Assembly: GCA_903813345.2 (NCBI GenBank)
Contig: CAIIXF020000001.1
Location: forward strand, 2,542,001-2,606,000
DNA from: Owenia fusiformis
Taxonomy: Eukaryota
Direction: 5' to 3'
DNA: 64,000 nucleotides
The position numbers and the translations under genes were made by a program. The notes under the pieces are model-generated. The model was not told the origin of the DNA and ran no database searches. It saw nothing but the letters and a program-made list of their open reading frames with translations. Of this stretch, positions 38,211-51,400 are shown one piece after another (the first letter of the stretch is position 1; the number at the start of each line of letters is the position of its first letter).

Positions 38211-38994
38211 GAGGAAAGGATATTCATTTCTTCTTATTTGGTTTGTAATTCAAAAAGAAGTATAGGTATTCAAATATTTTTTTTTAGTATTTAAGATTGT
38301 TGTACTAGATCACAAGGTACATGATGCTTTGTAAATGTATGAATGTTGATAGCATTCCAATGCTAATGAATTGATGAATATTTGTGTTAATATTCAGTAA
38401 ATATTTTAATGCTTAATATAATGTCAATATGGTATATGTTCTGTATATATGAAAGGAATAAATAAAGTGCAATATTATGTAATTTTTAAAATTAATTTGT
38501 TGTATTATACATGTAATTTTTATTTAAATCTTTATTAAACTTTCAGTCACCATTCATTCACTTTTCCTAGGAAGTACTTTCTGTATACTCTACATATACA
38601 ATATTACTGTCAATTGTATAAACTCATATCACATGGTGAGCTATTGTAATCGCCCACTTATCTGTTCATCTGTCTATCCAACGGTGTGTCAACACATTAG
38701 TCTTATATTCTTATTCTCCAGTTTTGAAATGCGTCTATATAGTTTTCTGACCATCTTTGTTTGATGTTCACTGGAGAATCAGATTGAATCTTCTGATTTT
38801 AACCGTCAATTTCATATTAAAACTTGCAAAACAATATGTTTAACAATGAGGAATATGACAAATTCTGGCTTCGAGTGTAAAAGTCATTTTTTAGATTGGG
38901 AGATGATGTTTCCATGAATAATTCAAATGTCTCGATCAGAGCAATAGAACTAAACCATTTTGGTTGATTTAATTCTGACCATATATGAGCTGAG

Positions 38995-39516
38995 CACAGG
39001 GTACGTAACAAATTAAACGTGACAGTTGAACGCGCGGGATACGGTACAATACTAGGGTGATGAAATGTGAGCAAACAGATGTTTTCATCGTTTCGGAAAG
39101 ATGTGGTCTAGTTTCTAGATATTTTTATATGTAAATATTTGTAACATCCGAGACAGTGATCTTGACGGTGAATTTCATAGCTAAACCTATACAAGCTCCG
39201 AATTTGGTATACGGTATAACGCGCGATAATGGTAAGGTACAACACAAGGAATTGTGATTTGCGTTATACCATATCTTACCTGCTTATACCATACACTACA
39301 TTCTTGGTTTGTGTAGGTTTAACTATGAAATTCACCGTTGAGTTCACTGTCTAGTATATTTCTACAGATATTCACATATAAAAATAGAAATTACACCAGA
39401 TCTTTCTGAAACGATGAAAACATGTTTGCTCAAATTTCATCACCCTCGTGTTGTACCGTACCCCGACCATACCCCGCGCGTTCAACTGTCACGCTTAATT
39501 TGGTACGTACCCTGTG
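38995..39516. mobile_element. Fold-back MITE with CACAGGG termini (Transib- or CACTA-like)
   Basis: Almost wholly palindromic; TIR cacagggtacgta(a/c)caaattaa(a/g)cgtgacagttgaacgcgcggg; TSD not clean. Confidence 0.8.
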
Positions 39517-40703
39517 ATGAATGCATGATTGAAACTGGACATGCTGGAGAGACATTGTGATTCTAGTTAATTTCAGCATGATTCACACTGGTGAGACAAT
39601 ATTTCTTTGATTAATCTGGATGTCTTGATAAGATTTCACATTGGTGATTTGTAAAATTGGATAAATCTGTATTACCTGTATCATTTACTCTGTAGAAATG
39701 TTAAGATTTTAAAGATTTTTAATGACGTCTTAGTTACGCATGATTCACAACGGAAGGTTCACACGGGGTGCACCCCCCTCCTCATAACCAATAAAATTAA
39801 TAATTAACGAGAAGGAGGAAGAAAATAGCTTTAAAATGTTTTTTATTTGAAGCTTCTAGCTCAATTTTGAAGGAAGTTGCATCAATATTTGTAAAATCCA
39901 AAATAAATCTTATTTTATTGGCTGGTTTATGCCACAAGCGCACCCCCTGACTGCCGATTTGCGTGCCTTCGCGCGTCTGGGTGGATGCGCCACATACTAT
40001 ATTCTAGTAAATTGCTTATCTGTGCAACTTTAATTTTTACAGATAATTTGGCGACCATTTTGATCTTTTTTGATAAAACCTTTTTACTATATTTATTGCT
40101 GTGTTTAATAAATTGTTCTGGCATGAGAAATTAGGTTTCATTGGAAAAAACTAACAGATTTGATTTTAAAAAGTTAATAGGGAGTCCAAAATGTGATAAA
40201 ACGATGTAATAGACATGAAAAGGATCTCTAAAAGTGTAGGGTATCTGCGCCGTTTTAAGTACCTACGTTTTCGAACTAGTTTCCAAAAAAAACTGTAAAT
40301 GAATGATTCATTTGGCCATTGCGTTGGGTGGTTTATTTGTCCGAGATAAAGCAGCATAAAACTAGTTCGAAATTCTTGATATTTTTAAGGGGAATATCAT
40401 GCTTGGGTCATTCCCAAAAGTAGACGTTCCCAATTCAATTAGTGTTTCTGATAGTGCTGGAAATGACATCTTGAGAGATCATAGCCTCCTATCAAAATGA
40501 TGTTTCGGGGAATAGTAACGTCCAGAAAAGATCCACACTGGTGAGATATAATTTGAACATATCTGCTATCACAATTAAAACGTTTGGTTACAACCAGATG
40601 TTGGAAATCAAGGATTGCTAGTCTCATACTGCACCTTTTTTCAAACTTGTTCCATTCAAAGCATTATAAAATTGCCTCTCTGTTGTAACATTATTTTGTT
40701 ATA

Positions 40704-41609
40704 CAGGGTGTTCAAAAAAAACGCAACCCAAGGAAATCGCTATATCTTGGAAAATACTCATCAAATTATGTTTATATTTTCAGGAAAGAAAGAAGAGACT
40801 GTATGTATAGCTCCTGTTGTTAGTTAGTTGTAAAACATGATGTCTTGGACATTTGCTCAAAAAACAGTTGTACTAGCAAAATACGAAAAACGTGAATAGA
40901 AAATCACTATATCTTGGAAAATACTAATTCAATAATGTTCATTTTTTTCAGGAAAAGAAAGAAGAGACTGTGTATGTATAGCTCCTGTTGTCAGTAAGTT
41001 GTAAAACATGATGCCTTGGACACCTGCTCATATGACAGTTGTTCTAGGAAAACATGAAAACGCAGTCAAAGGTGACTGCCACAGCAATAAAACCAAAAAA
41101 TAACTTTCTAACCATGGTGTTTTGGCACTTCAGATTTGGCACAAATTATCCTCATTCAATGTGTGGTGAATTTGTGGAGTTTCATCAAAATCACTCCAGG
41201 GACTTTACAGTCATGGTCAAAATGCCTTCTTAAGTCTCCCTGAACCAGGGCGTTTGACTGCGATTTGAAAGCATTTCAACCATTAATGTAAAGTTCCTGA
41301 AGTGATTTTAATTTCACTCTGCAGATTTACCATACAGTGAATGAAGATGATTTGTGCCAAATTTGAAGAGCCAAAACACTATGGTTAGAAAGTTATTTAA
41401 TTTTTTTGAGGTTGCAGTCACCCCGGACTGCGTTTTTCGTATTTTCCTAGTACAACTGTCTTTTGAGCAGGTGTCTAAGGTATCATGTTTTACAACTAAC
41501 CATTTACAGGAGCTATACATACACAGTCTCTTCTTTATTTCCTGAAAATATAAACGTAATTGAACCAGTATTTTTCAAGATATAGCGATTTCTTTTTTTG
41601 AACACCCTG
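40704..41609. mobile_element. Tc1/mariner-like MITE (TA TSD) nested in an older TIR element (~40590-41870)
   Basis: TA|CAGGGTGTTCAAAAAAA ... TTTTTTTGAACACCCTG|TA; outer inverted arms at 40590-40662 and 41793-41868. Confidence 0.85.
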
Positions 41610-41634
41610 TACTTAGTCACACTTCCAGCGCGGG

Positions 41635-41673
41635 TTACTCGAGTCTCTAGCCAGTGGCCTTAGAAGAAGGTAA
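41635..41673 (-). mobile_element. 39-bp minimal derivative of the 25635-27431 element, perfect 8-bp TSD AGCGCGGG
   Basis: The reverse complement TTACCTTCTTCTAAGGCCAC-TGGCTAGAGACTCGAGTAA equals both ends of the long copy fused; TSD at 41627-41634 and 41674-41681. Confidence 0.8.
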
Positions 41674-42202
41674 AGCGCGGGCATTTTGGTCCCCAGCTGT
41701 GAGAAGGACTTCTAACAGCTGGGGACCAAAGCGCTTCTAAAACGAGGGACTTTACAATAAAGCAATACACCGACTGAAAGGCAATTTCGTTTTGCTTTGA
41801 ATGGAACAAGTTTGAAGAAAAACGGTGCAGTAGAAGACTAGCAATGCCTGATTTTCAAACATATGGTAGGTCAAAAATTATTCAAATTAACAGCCGAAGT
41901 TAGTACCGCGCGATGTTACTAAACAAAATGACATTCCTCCAGAATCCCTTTACAATCCATAATTGCAAACAAATTAAAACTGGTCAACTTTTATTACAAA
42001 TAAAGTATATTACAAAGTTTGATTATGAAAATTGAATTCCTAAATGAACTGCATCACAAACTGCATCATTTATTTAGTGTAAGTGTTCATTCACATATTG
42101 ATCAAAATCCGACCATTTACTGTCTTTTAACTTTTATGGATACATCAAAAGATTAGTAGAAGTTCCAGTATATACAGTCACAAGTCCCATTGCTTCGATT
42201 AG

Positions 42203-44281
42203 CTAACGCTTTCCTGCATTCGTGCCACATTCAGCTTTGCAGTCTATTTCACGGACAAAATTATTTCGGTTTCCCCTGCACCCTCCGTAAGTGAACTTGG
42301 TACATTTGGTGCCGTCCCAATAGTATCTGGTATACGCAGCCTTACATGGCCCTACTGTCATTGGTAGGGAACAAATATTTGCGTTGCCTTCTGTGCCTGA
42401 AACAATTGACAAGTCAGATTTTAATTGTTATATAGGTGTTAGCTGCTCAAGTACAGGGTGGGACAAAATTGTAACCCCTGAAACAAATGTTAATAACCCA
42501 GTCATCCAGCATGAGTTTTACCTTATATTTGGCATAATTCCACCAAGTTTCACTGGTCTACTCCAAATAGTCATATCCTCGTATGGCCATTAACAAAACG
42601 TGCTCCAAATGCCGAAACATGCCAAAATATGAACCCCTAGAATTTTATCTTTTGGGATATTTCATAGATAATATCTACAGTTACAACCATAGAAGCATCA
42701 GAGAGTTGAAACAACAGATTAGAAGGAAAGAGAGAGAGCCATCACACAAGATATCTGTGAGTGTGTATCCCCTGATGCGTTCAATTTGTCTCTTGAGACT
42801 AGACCGCATTTTGACTAAATGCATGTTTTGTTAAGGTGCCATGGAAGTTAACAGGAAATGACAAAACAGGAAGTGACAAAGCCATGCTGGATTTTGATGA
42901 CCGGGAACACAACGGAAATGGTCAGAATGACCATAAACATGATGAAATAACCTTTTCAGCCCTCTGAAAATGTGACTGAAAAACAGCTAAGAGCAGGTGC
43001 TCAGGAAAGGTCAGTGTACAGAATCTTTCGATTTTTTCAGAAAACGTGTCCAACATATTGCTCTAAATGATACAATCTTTGAAATTTTAAAAAATTGTCT
43101 GAAACAATAATGGCTGTAGTAAAAAGGTAAATCGATCGATTTTCAATTCAGTTTTTTTTCATTTTTTTCTTTTTCTAAGAATGATATCAAATTTTTTTAA
43201 ATTGTATCATTTTAAGCAATATATTGGGCGGATTTTCTGAAAAAATCAAAAGATTCTGTTCAGTGACCTTTCCTGAGCACCTACTCTTAGCTGTTTTTCA
43301 GTCACATTTTCAGAGGGCTGAAAAGGTTATTTCATCAAGTTTATGGTCATTCTGACCATTTCCGTTGTGTTCCCGGTCATGTAAATGATATGTGGAACTA
43401 GTTAAACTGACTGGAGGTCCAAACAGAACTCTGTTATCTTGGTTCAAAAAAATTTCAAAATCCAGCATGGCTTTGTCACTTCCTGTTTTGTCATTTCCTG
43501 TTAACTTCCATAGCACCTTAAATGGCCACAAAATCGTATCCATTTGGCACAGTCCAATAAACATTGAACAAGGTTCAGGATAACATTTTGGCCCATCCTG
43601 TAAATCACTGGCTGAACAAAAATATAATAGGTATTACAAAAAGGCCCCGTGTTTGTTCCCCGGGTCCTCAACTTTGTATTGGTATGAGTGTAGTCTATAT
43701 CCAAACGACTGAATTTCCTGAGAATATTTTGATTCCATATTTCAAAGAAATTTCAGACTAGAGGATATAGTCTAGAGTCCATTTCACTGGTTCATTTCGT
43801 CAGTAGAACGGCAAAAATAAGAAATTGGGAGACCATTGTGCAATAATATATGGAAAAGTATATTCATAATGTACATGAATGACATTTGTATATCTTGGAT
43901 TGCTTCTAGTTTGGCTTATAAAGTGTGTGGCCTCTTATATTTGGATGTTTCTCTGCCATGTTATTTTCAATAAGATTAACATGGCTGAAATTCTTCAAAT
44001 TACAAGACGGCACAGGCTTATTGCACAAAAAACTAAAAAATCTGAAATAAACAAATGTCATTCATGTACATTATGAATATACTTTTCCATATATTATTGC
44101 ACAATGGTCTCCCAATTTCTTATTTTTGCCGTTCTACTGACGAAATGAAGCTGTGAAATGGACTCTATAGGAACTGAAAGTAACATTTATTGCACTGTGT
44201 AAAACGGTTTATCATATTATTCTTACCTGATATATGTGCAAAAACTAACATGGCCAACAAAATAACATTCAGCCTCAACAT
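42203..44281 (-). CDS. Secreted single-domain Kunitz/BPTI-type serine protease inhibitor, 82 aa; exons 44281-44227 and 42396-42203
   Basis: Exon 1 encodes the signal peptide MLRLNVILLAMLVFAHIS and ends at G|GTAAGA. Exon 2 (after TTTCAG, phase 1) encodes a six-Cys Kunitz motif, ICSLPMTVGPCKA...FTYGGCRGNRNNF...C...C. Minus-strand AATAAA at 41990-41995. Confidence 0.93.
42454..43600. mobile_element. Tc1/mariner-like MITE in the Kunitz intron
   Basis: TA|CAGGGTGGGACAAAAT ... ATTTTGGCCCATCCTG|TA; large internal inverted repeat (~42830-43520). Confidence 0.8.
43773..44167. mobile_element. ~395-bp TAGAGTCCATTTCAC MITE, copy 2
   Basis: Near-identical reverse complement of 15872-16266. Confidence 0.85.
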
Positions 44282-44721
44282 CTTGGTTATCCTTGGTGGG
44301 AAAATATTGGTCGTTTCGTTATCACTTTGTGTTACCTTTTCTTCTACGTCTGAATCTTTTCTGCGTTCGTAATCTCTTGATTATTCGCCTGTCCATAGAG
44401 CGTGAATAAGTATTTGAGTAGACTACATTTTATACCTACATGTAATACTAATACCCGATGGGCTTCGTTTTTGGAAGCGTCGTAATTTACGATTTGGTAG
44501 ACAATGGACAAAATAGTTTTCCCCGAATCCTAAGTTACGATCGTACCGAAAACAACCACATTTGAGAAAAACGCGTCACATTTCTAGTGTCCTCGTGATG
44601 GGATAATAACGCTCATAAGCTCACACCGGTGAGCTATTGTATTTTACAATCAAAACCAGTCACAGTTGAATTCCTCGCTTCATTGAATGCAGTCGCTACT
44701 GATCACGCAGATACTTTGTAA

Positions 44722-44866
44722 TGCCGTGGTCACATTTTCTCCGATTTTTATTACTACTGCGTCCGGCCGATTGAGTGTTTTGTTCAAAATTGTATTCAAT
44801 TTTGAACAAAATACTCATCGGCCGGGCACCGGTGCTGAAAATCGGAGCAAATCAGTGACCACGGCA
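44722..44866. mobile_element. PIF/Harbinger-like hairpin MITE (TAA TSD) between the divergent Kunitz and protease starts
   Basis: TAA|TGCCGTGGTCAC ... GTGACCACGGCA|TAA; nearly fully palindromic. Confidence 0.75.
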
Positions 44867-45499
44867 TAAGCGGGCTAGCTCTGAACGGGCCTTGAACGTG
44901 GTGACGTTTCGACCATTGAACTTTTGTTCTTTTCGGTTGATTGACTGCGTAAAGCTATCCCCAAATCCTATTAGTCGTAATAGTCATTAAACTAAAGACG
45001 ATTCCACGAAACATCGAACATCTTTCTTAGTGGTCGGAATTCAATAGCTCTATCGATAAACATCCACATGACCGTCATATTTTATCGCACAACCTTGGAA
45101 TATGCTATTCGACATCATATTATGAAACGCGCTTCGAAAACTCAAAATCTATTCTGAAGCCGACGCCGGGTGCATTCCATGATCGCTCTTGAAAAATGCA
45201 AAACAAATAAGTAGATTAAAAAACATAAGCAGATTCAAAAACAAAAATAGATGAGATCATCTTGTAAGCTTCTCAGCTCTTCGTCTCGACCATGCACTAT
45301 AAAAGCGTCAACGACTAAACAAAGCTGGTTGATACGCGCAGTCAAGAAAGCTGTTCTAAAACGTTTCTAACATCAGACGTCAAGAGGGGAGAATAAATAT
45401 CACCTCGAATAAATGATATTACAGAACATTCAAACGCAACAGGGACAATCGGATCGTCAATACTGAGGACCTATCGCCAGACCCACTGACATATACGTC

Positions 45500-48400
45500 A
45501 TGGTCTCGTCGCACATCTTTATTGGAGCGTTCTTATTCACGATCTCTATTGTTTTAGGCATTTCCAATGCCAATGGTTCTGCCGGTAGGTTTTCAGGTTT
45601 TATTTAGCTTTATTGTAACCTGGGTATTACAGTATGACTTTGAATAAAATGGACCGATTCATTTGAATATTCTCTCATTTTATTTACATTTCAAATAATA
45701 TCTAAACATTTATGTAACACGCCCGGTGATTGTACAAAAATGATGGTGGGGGGATTAGGCGATTTCAAAAAATAAGTTATTTTTTCAAGAGAAAATTTAC
45801 AACTGAATTGCCAATTGAATAGGCGCAATGCATGGCAAAATATGTTAGGTCATCTAGTATTTCTTTTGAATTGATGCCCTTCTAAGATATGAGATCTATT
45901 AAAAAAGGCGCATCATCACCAACGTGCAATAGTCAATGTTTTTGCTATAAATCGGGCAGCAATGGTCTACACGACCTGTAATAAATAGGTATAAGGGACG
46001 TTATTATCACAATACTAATGACATTGCTCACTTTTTAAAGATAGTTTCCATGCGTTATACAAAAAATAAAAAAAATAAATGATCCCTCCAAATTTGTTGA
46101 GCTTTCTTGCAGAAATCGCCTAATCCCCCCTCCATCATTTTTGTACGATCACCGGGCGTGTGTAAGTTCAAACAAAGTTAGTTTTAGTTGCAAAACGTTT
46201 GGATATTTTGAATTGCTTGTGGTTTGCAATTATGGCCAACAAAAGATTGGTATCGATATGGTAACTTTTTGAACACACGTTTCTCTTAAAGGTCAGGGTG
46301 TATGATGGGAAATTTTCTGCATTCCTCAATTGAGTCGCATGTTATTTTTCAAACAGGAATCACCCCTTCCCCACATTTTCTTTATTTTCCAGTTTTGCAC
46401 AAAGAGTGCACCTATGTGCCTAGAAAAGACTTGTGAGAAGAACGTTTTGATAAAGTGTATAAAAAACAAGAAAATTCAGTGGAAAAAATTCTGAAAATGC
46501 AGAAAAAGGGATGCAGAAAATTCCCCATCATGCACCGGCCTGAAATTAACCAGTCATCAAAGAATTCTGAAAAAAAATTCTGAAAATTTTACACATCGTC
46601 AATTTAATGGTCATCTTTTGAATGGTGACAATATAATTTGAAAAAAATATATACTTTTCTCTGTATTGTTTTAGAAAACACATTAGACACTTATTTTGTT
46701 TTTGGTAACATATGTTTGGAATGAAATGAAACATCTATCCGAACCTCATTGGAAAAACAAAAAACGACAGAAACACAACTTGTTTAGGTCTCTCAATATT
46801 GTAATTGTACAAAGCAAAGTTTGGTTGATTTTTAAAAAGTATCTTGTTAATGAAATAAGAGGTTTTCTTAATTTTTATCCATTTTGTGGGGTTTTGTTTT
46901 AATTTTTTGAACATTTTTTTTGTAAAATCAACCTAAATATCCTTTGTATAGGCTAACTACGTATAATATTGAGAGGTCTAAGAAAATGTTGTATATGCTA
47001 TTTTGTTAAAGGTTCGGAAAGACATGTTATTTCATTCTCAAGAATTGGTAGAAAGGAACAAAAAACAATAGCACTAAAAAAACATTTTTAACCAAAACAG
47101 TTATATAGAATATATATAGATACCTTTCACATTAGATTGTTGCATTACATTGTCAACATTACATAAAGGACCGTGTTTTTATAGATCATTTTCAATAATT
47201 AGTTTAAGAGAAAAAAATTGTTGAATTCCGTTCACCATATCGATATCTATCCTTTGTGGATTCTTGTACTTTGATGCTTCTCTAACATGTTTTTTATCTG
47301 AAATATACAAATGTTTTTCATGTAGGCATAATAAATGAATGATTTTTTTCTCATGAACTATTGTACTGTCCTTTGTTATTTTTCAGATTTGATTGATTGA
47401 CGCGTTATTAATGGCGTTAACAATTGCCACATTTTCTTCACTTTCAGACAATGTATGTTCATCCCTCATGGTTCTCAAGAACGCTGGAACATTTTCATCA
47501 CCTGTAGGGAGTGATGGACAATACCTAAGTGGTCTTAAATGCGCATGGTCAATTACAGTACAACCAGATCACGTAAGTCCGTGTAGTGTGCACTACGTTC
47601 TTGTATTATACTATAGGATCAGTGATTCCTCTACTCATGAGGAGGTTATGCGATATGCGTTTTTCAGAGATCTTGTACGTGGAGATGTAATACGATGACC
47701 CTTACTCAAATATTACTTTTGCCTCTCATTTCGATTTTCCAGGGACCAAATTTCAACTATCTTGTATAGGATAATTCAACAGGTTCACGTACAAGTTCTC
47801 TTAGAAATGTGTACCTTTCTCTTTCCCTTCACCAATAGAGAAGGTGTATTTGTATCAGTGGTGCATCCAGAATCTTGTGTTAGGTAAGGCGCAACAATTG
47901 GCTGGGAGTCATCTTCGTCAAGGAACTAGACCTGGCGCACGGGACAATATTGTCAAACTGAGTTGACGAAGGCTCACCATTTGCGACGTTTAGAGTTTTT
48001 ACTATTCATTTAGGCAATTTTAATAGATTCGTAACTTCTGATCTGTAACCATTTGTGCGATTTTGTCAACTTGTTAATAGCTATCAAAAATCATGCTCTC
48101 TTAATAATTGGATTAGAATTGATGTTACATCTTAATCCGCGATAATATATTGTCTATTGTATATAGCATCTAATTCCAAAGATTATAATTTAATCGCTTT
48201 AAATAAGCTTCAACGATTACTTTAATTTTCCTAAGTAATTAGATAACGAGCTTAGAAAGTGATTACTAGGCCTCCCTTTTCTTATCCCACCGAACAAAGT
48301 TCAGGAGGACATAGAGTACATGTCTGTTCGTCCGTCCGCCCATCCGTCCATCCACCCGACCGCCGAGAAACAACACAAATATCGTCGGTCCGATATTGTT

Positions 48401-51400
48401 ATATATTTATTTGCATAGGCTGTATGTACCTGTTTATTGTAGGCTGTATATTTTGAAAGTGGCCGATGGGTTCAGTGTTGCTTTCACAGTATTTTTATCA
48501 TGTAAAAACATATTATCTAAGTTTTACATAATGCATGAAATTATTCATAATGTTAATTTTCTCCAAAATACATTTTGACTTTTACTTGCTATTCTACGTT
48601 TTTAGCTGTGAGTTGTAACTTGAAAATCAGAAGAGCAATTTTGTTGATTATTTATCATCAGTGTCAAGATTTAGGGACAAAAATTTATGTCATTTTTAAG
48701 TAAAGCTTTTTTTCTTTACAATGACGAGTTGAGAAATTTAAAAACATCCAACTTACTGAACTTTTAAACTTTTAAGGCATGTATTTTCAAAAAGCTTTAC
48801 ATTGGCGATATTCCATTACATTCTTGGACTTTGATTATTTTACGATTGAAAGTTGTGAACTTTTAATGCAGGCATTTTCAAAAAGCTTTACATTGGCCAT
48901 ATTCCTTTACATTCTTGGACTTAGAATATTTCACGAAGCAACGTTGTGAACTTTTAATGCAGGCATTTTCAAAAAGCTTTACATTGGCCATATTCCTTTA
49001 CATTCTTGGACTTAGAATATTTTATGATATATAGAAGTGTAATTTATGGCATGCATTTTCAAAAAGCTTTACATTGGCCATTTTCCCTTACATTCTTAGA
49101 CTTAGAATATTTTACGATCTGAAGAGGTGAACTTTTACAGCATGCATTTTCAAAAAGCTTTACATTGGCAGTTGGGTTAAATCTCAGTTAAATCTTGACA
49201 TATATATTATTTATGAATAGATAGTTGGAAGCATGACTGTCATGACACTGGAAAAGTAGTTGAACAATTTAGTTGTTCATTTATATGTTGATACTTTGAA
49301 GCATGACACTTTTTTGACTAGTTTAATGCTTCCAAAGGAGTAATAAAAATTCAGAAAATGACCTACCCTTGGCGTAATAATTCAAACGATGCATTTGTAA
49401 ATATTTAATTGTTTACAATCTCTTATCAGTTGTTTTTAACTCTAAGCCGATTTCAGTATTGGATTAATATTTGATATTTATCTATAGGTTATCCAACTGA
49501 CGTTTTCAAAGTTTGACTTGGAACAGTCGTTGAACTGTGAAGATGGTGACTACATCATTGTTTACAACGGCGAGAGTTCGCAAAGTGATACACTGGCAAC
49601 AATCTGTGGGGAGAATGCAAAACCAATTTTCTCAACGACTTCCAAAATGATTGTGGAGTTTATCTCAAATGATAAGATTGAGCGCTCTGGGTTTACAGCC
49701 AGTTTTAAAACAGTTGATCAATCAGGTATGCAAAAGTATAGTATAATTAAAGAAGAGGAGGACATACTCTAGAATTCACAGATGAACATACTACAGAAAT
49801 ATAAAGATGATCCTCTAGAGGTTCATCTTTAAGGGGAAGGTTCATCTATGAATTTAGAGGTATCACCCTTTCTATAGTAAACGACAAACAAGATCATCCA
49901 GTGGAAATCTCACCAGAAAAGGCCAAAAGATAAAACCCATATATGTCTCTCATTACAGAACTGGATGTCTTTCATATAAGCTTAGCGTTATATAAAAAAA
50001 TCAAAAAGAATTACAACAAAGATTCATTGCTTTCATTTAAAAAAGAAATCTTGCTACGCTGATGGATGAATACATAGCTTCCTTAATCCACGAGCAATAT
50101 TGTTATCATATGATTCTGATTCAAATATTCTGTTCCAGCTGCCGCTTGCGCTGGTGGAAGAGGTCCTCTTAAACTGACAGACACTAAAGGTTCAATCAGA
50201 TCACCGGGATATGATGGTAACAACATATATCCCCCTAATGTCATGTGCCAATGGCTCATCGAGGCAAATGAAGGAATGGTAAGTTATGATGGTACATTTT
50301 GAGTATACTTTAGGTTTCCAGACCTCCATTGATATACAATGTATCTAAAACCAAATTGAAAGTATAACTACTAAGAGTGCAATTTTTACAAAAAAACTAT
50401 GTTTACAGGAGATTGAACTTACAGCCGATAGATTTGCACTTGAAGAATCCAGAGGTTGTAACCACGACCATGTTGACATCTTTGATGGGTCTGAACCCGT
50501 GTTATCTAAACTACTAGGGAAATATTGTGGCATCCATGCTCAAATTGAACTCGACCATGCACCTACTTCAAACATGATGCTTATCACATTTATATCAAAC
50601 AATAATGTTGGCGGACTTGGATTTCGTTTTGGATACAGTATGTATCCCACGACTATGTCAAGTAAGTATAACCACATATGGGAAATCTTTCACCATGTTC
50701 TCTGCTGCATCTCATTTGGGTATTTACACTAATATTTGTATTATGGATTTAACTTTTCAAGGAATAATCTCTGTGACTTCATTTTCTAGCCCATGGCTTT
50801 CATGGTTTCTCACATCTTTCAGGGTCGAAACAGAATGGTGTCAGAGCTTTCTCAAATCTTCCTGGTTGTGGAGTGCCTGCTATCAGAGATGAAGCGAGGA
50901 TAGTTGGTGGTGTTGAAGTCACTCCCCATAGTTGGCCATGGACTGTCATGCTAGTAGACTCTAGTGGTAATGCATATTCACAATTCTGTGCTGGTACCTT
51001 AGTGAGGAACAACTGGGTTGTCACTGCAGCTCATTGTATTGGAAGGTTTGTATTCAATGCCCTATTTAATTGGATACGCATACTCTTCTTTCTCTCCTAC
51101 TCCTGAAATAACAGTTCAGTAACAATCTTTTGATGTATCATAGAACCTTTAAACTAAAAAGTACAAAAATATTGCGAAGGTCTTTGCATTTATATGAATG
51201 TACTTGTTATGATATTGTATACAATATTAAATGTTGTTTTCAGTACTTCACCATATTCACTAAAGGTTAGGCTTGGTGAACACAGTAAAGGGGCTACTCA
51301 CGATGGAGGCTATGTGGTAGATGTTGCAGAAATCATTAAACATGAGAAATATTTAAGTGCAACTAGTGGATATGATTTAGCAATGTTGAGGCTTGCAGAA

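Noticed and set aside
45298-45305. TATAAAAG as the protease core promoter
   Set aside because: Plausible, but the motif is common in AT-rich DNA, an upstream ATG intervenes (~45413), and there is no TSS evidence.
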